Below, piece after piece: positions 62,160 to 64,000 of a DNA stretch of 64,000 nt (within the stretch, counting starts at the first letter, position 1; each line of letters begins with the position of its first letter). This DNA is from Antechinus flavipes. Its lineage: Eukaryota. Under the pieces are notes generated by a model, which worked only from the letters and a program-made list of their open reading frames with translations, was not told the DNA's origin and did not search any database. Both the position numbers and the translations under genes were made by a program. Where the stretch lies: assembly GCF_016432865.1 (NCBI RefSeq), contig NC_067400.1, positions 612,002,001 through 612,066,000 of the forward strand. Reading direction: 5' to 3'.

Positions 62160-63600
62160 CCTGATTTAATTCTGTCCAGCTCTAGACTCTCTCCTGAGCT
62201 CTAGTTTCACATTGCCAACTGCCTAATGAACATCTTGAATTGAATATTCTGTAGGCACCTCAAACTCAACATATCCAGAACAATTCATTACCTTTACCTT
62301 CCCCAAGTCCCCAACCCTACTCTTTTTCTAATTTGCCCATCACTGTTCAGGCACCACTACATCCCCAGTCGCCAAGGTTTTGACTTTTCATTCCCACTCA
62401 ACCAACATACCTAAAACTTTGCCAAATCTTGTGATTTCTACCTTTACAACATTTCTCCCATATAAACCCTTTTTTTTTCAGTCATATAACCAGAACCCTA
62501 GTTCAGGCTCTCTCAATTGGACTATTGGAATGGCTTTCTAACTGGTTTCCTTGTCAAAGGTCCTTTCCCCATTCCAATATCAATTTTCAACTCAGCATCA
62601 ATAGGACTTTTCTAAATCAAGGATTTTCAATATTTTTTTATTTCAAGGACTCTAGTAATCTGATAAATATAGGGTAATGTTTTAAAATGCATAAAATAAA
62701 GTATATAGGACTAAAAAGAAATACTATTATCTTGAAATAGTTATCAAAATATTTTTAAAAAAAAGTTCACAGAGCCAAATGAAGTATCCTTGTTTTCAAC
62801 TGTAGGCCTGATGCTATCATCTCCTCAATGAACTCCACTGATTATATTAAAAATAAAACAGAAAGTGCTCTTTTTTGTCATTTAAAGTACTTTATAATCT
62901 GGCTCTTTCCTCCCTTTCCAGGTTTTTTTTTTTTTTTTTTTTTTACACTTTATCTTCTACACACTTTTAGATCTAGCTACATACAGTGGAGTATTTTCAG
63001 TCCCTTAAACTGGACAGATACCATCTCTTTGCATTTTCACTCGCTGTCTCCATCTGACTAAAATGATCTTCTCCCTCATCTTCTGACTCAGTTTCTTTGG
63101 CTTCCTTCAAGATTTGGTTCAAATTTCACCTCCTTCAGGAGGTCTTTGTCTCAATCCCTCTTATTCTCCCCCCACCCCAGTGACTTCTTTTCTCAGATTG
63201 CCTTCCATCTCCTCTGTATATAACTTCTATGTACCTGTTTAATAACAAGGTGATTTCTCCATTAAAATTTGAGTTCCTTGAAGGACAAGAGTATTTTTCT
63301 CTTTCTTTTTCTCCTTACTCTTCAAAAAAGTACCTGCCTTCCTTTAAGTATGCTAAAAATCCCACCTTCTATAAAAAGTCTTTCCTGATTCTTAATCTCA
63401 GTGGTTTCCCTAAGATTACTCCCAATTTATCCTGCATATATTTAGTATGGTCCATTATACTGTGAGTCCCTTGAGATCAGGGACTGCAAGTATTTCTTGT
63501 CCATTGTATCACCAGAACTTAACACAATGTATGGTATATAAAAGGTGCTTAGCTAGCTGAAGGAATGATTTAATAAATGCTTGCTGACTGACTAGTTGGC
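62160..63600 (+). mobile_element. Old LINE-2 fragments, interrupted by a possible hAT/MER-like remnant at about 62630-62790
   Basis: ctctcctgagctctagtttcacattgccaactgcctaatgaacatc...cacctcaaactcaacat and the L2-like 3' end aaggtgcttagct...aaatgcttgctgactgact. Boundaries approximate. Confidence 0.6.
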
Positions 63601-63744
63601 TATTTGTTATACAAAGATTCTTCAGGGTAAAAAAAGATTCAACATAAATATTATTTAAATAATTAATGGCAGGCCATGCAAAGTAGACTGAGTTTACAGA
63701 AGTTCAGTTTACATTTATCCTTTCTCAGAAATACATCTATTTTG

Positions 63745-63921
63745 GTGCAGGGGATAAAGCACTAGCCTTGAAGTCAGGAGGACTTGAGTTTAAATCTGAC
63801 CTCAAACACTTAACACGTCCTACCTGTGTGACCCTGGGCAAGTCACTTAACCCTAATTGCCTCAGCAAAAACTAAAACAAAACAAAAAAAAAAAAAAAAG
63901 AAAAGAAAGAAAAGAAAAGAA
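63745..63921 (+). mobile_element. WSINE1-type marsupial SINE, 5'-truncated, with A-rich tail
   Basis: gtgcaggggataaagcactagccttgaagtcaggaggacttgagtttaaatc...tgtgtgaccctgggcaagtcacttaaccctaattgcctcagc plus A-tail. 18-bp TSD agaaatacatctattttg at 63727-63744 and 63922-63939. Confidence 0.9.
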
Positions 63922-64000
63922 AGAAATACATCTATTTTGCAAAAAGATGTTTTCTTAGATCTTTTAGAGAATAAAATTTGCCATAAAGTTCCATGAAGGC

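Overview
Marsupial genomic DNA; the L1 3' end and WSINE1-type SINE point to a dasyurid. It is the inverted ortholog of the human 19q13.12 block. I assembled exons by hand from GT/AG sites and reading-frame continuity, and compared them with remembered human proteins; no database search was run. Six genes are intact with consistent frames: ARHGAP33 (-), PROSER3 (-), HSPB6 (+), LIN37 (-), PSENEN (-) and KMT2B (-, 37 exons). IGFLR1 (+) is also intact, probably with an extra intron. Three things depart from the human locus. (1) An intact 18-exon, about 749-aa TEX14 paralog (ankyrin repeats plus pseudokinase) lies tail-to-tail with ARHGAP33, where I know of no such gene in human or mouse. (2) ZBTB32 is a decayed pseudogene. 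(3) U2AF1L4 carries several disabling lesions. Also notable: HSPB6 lacks the Ser16 PKA site, PROSER3 has an 18 x 11-aa coding repeat, and ARHGAP33 has a strong-Kozak uORF. Several minisatellites are present, and GC content drops sharply at about 56.8 kb into a LINE/SINE-rich segment.
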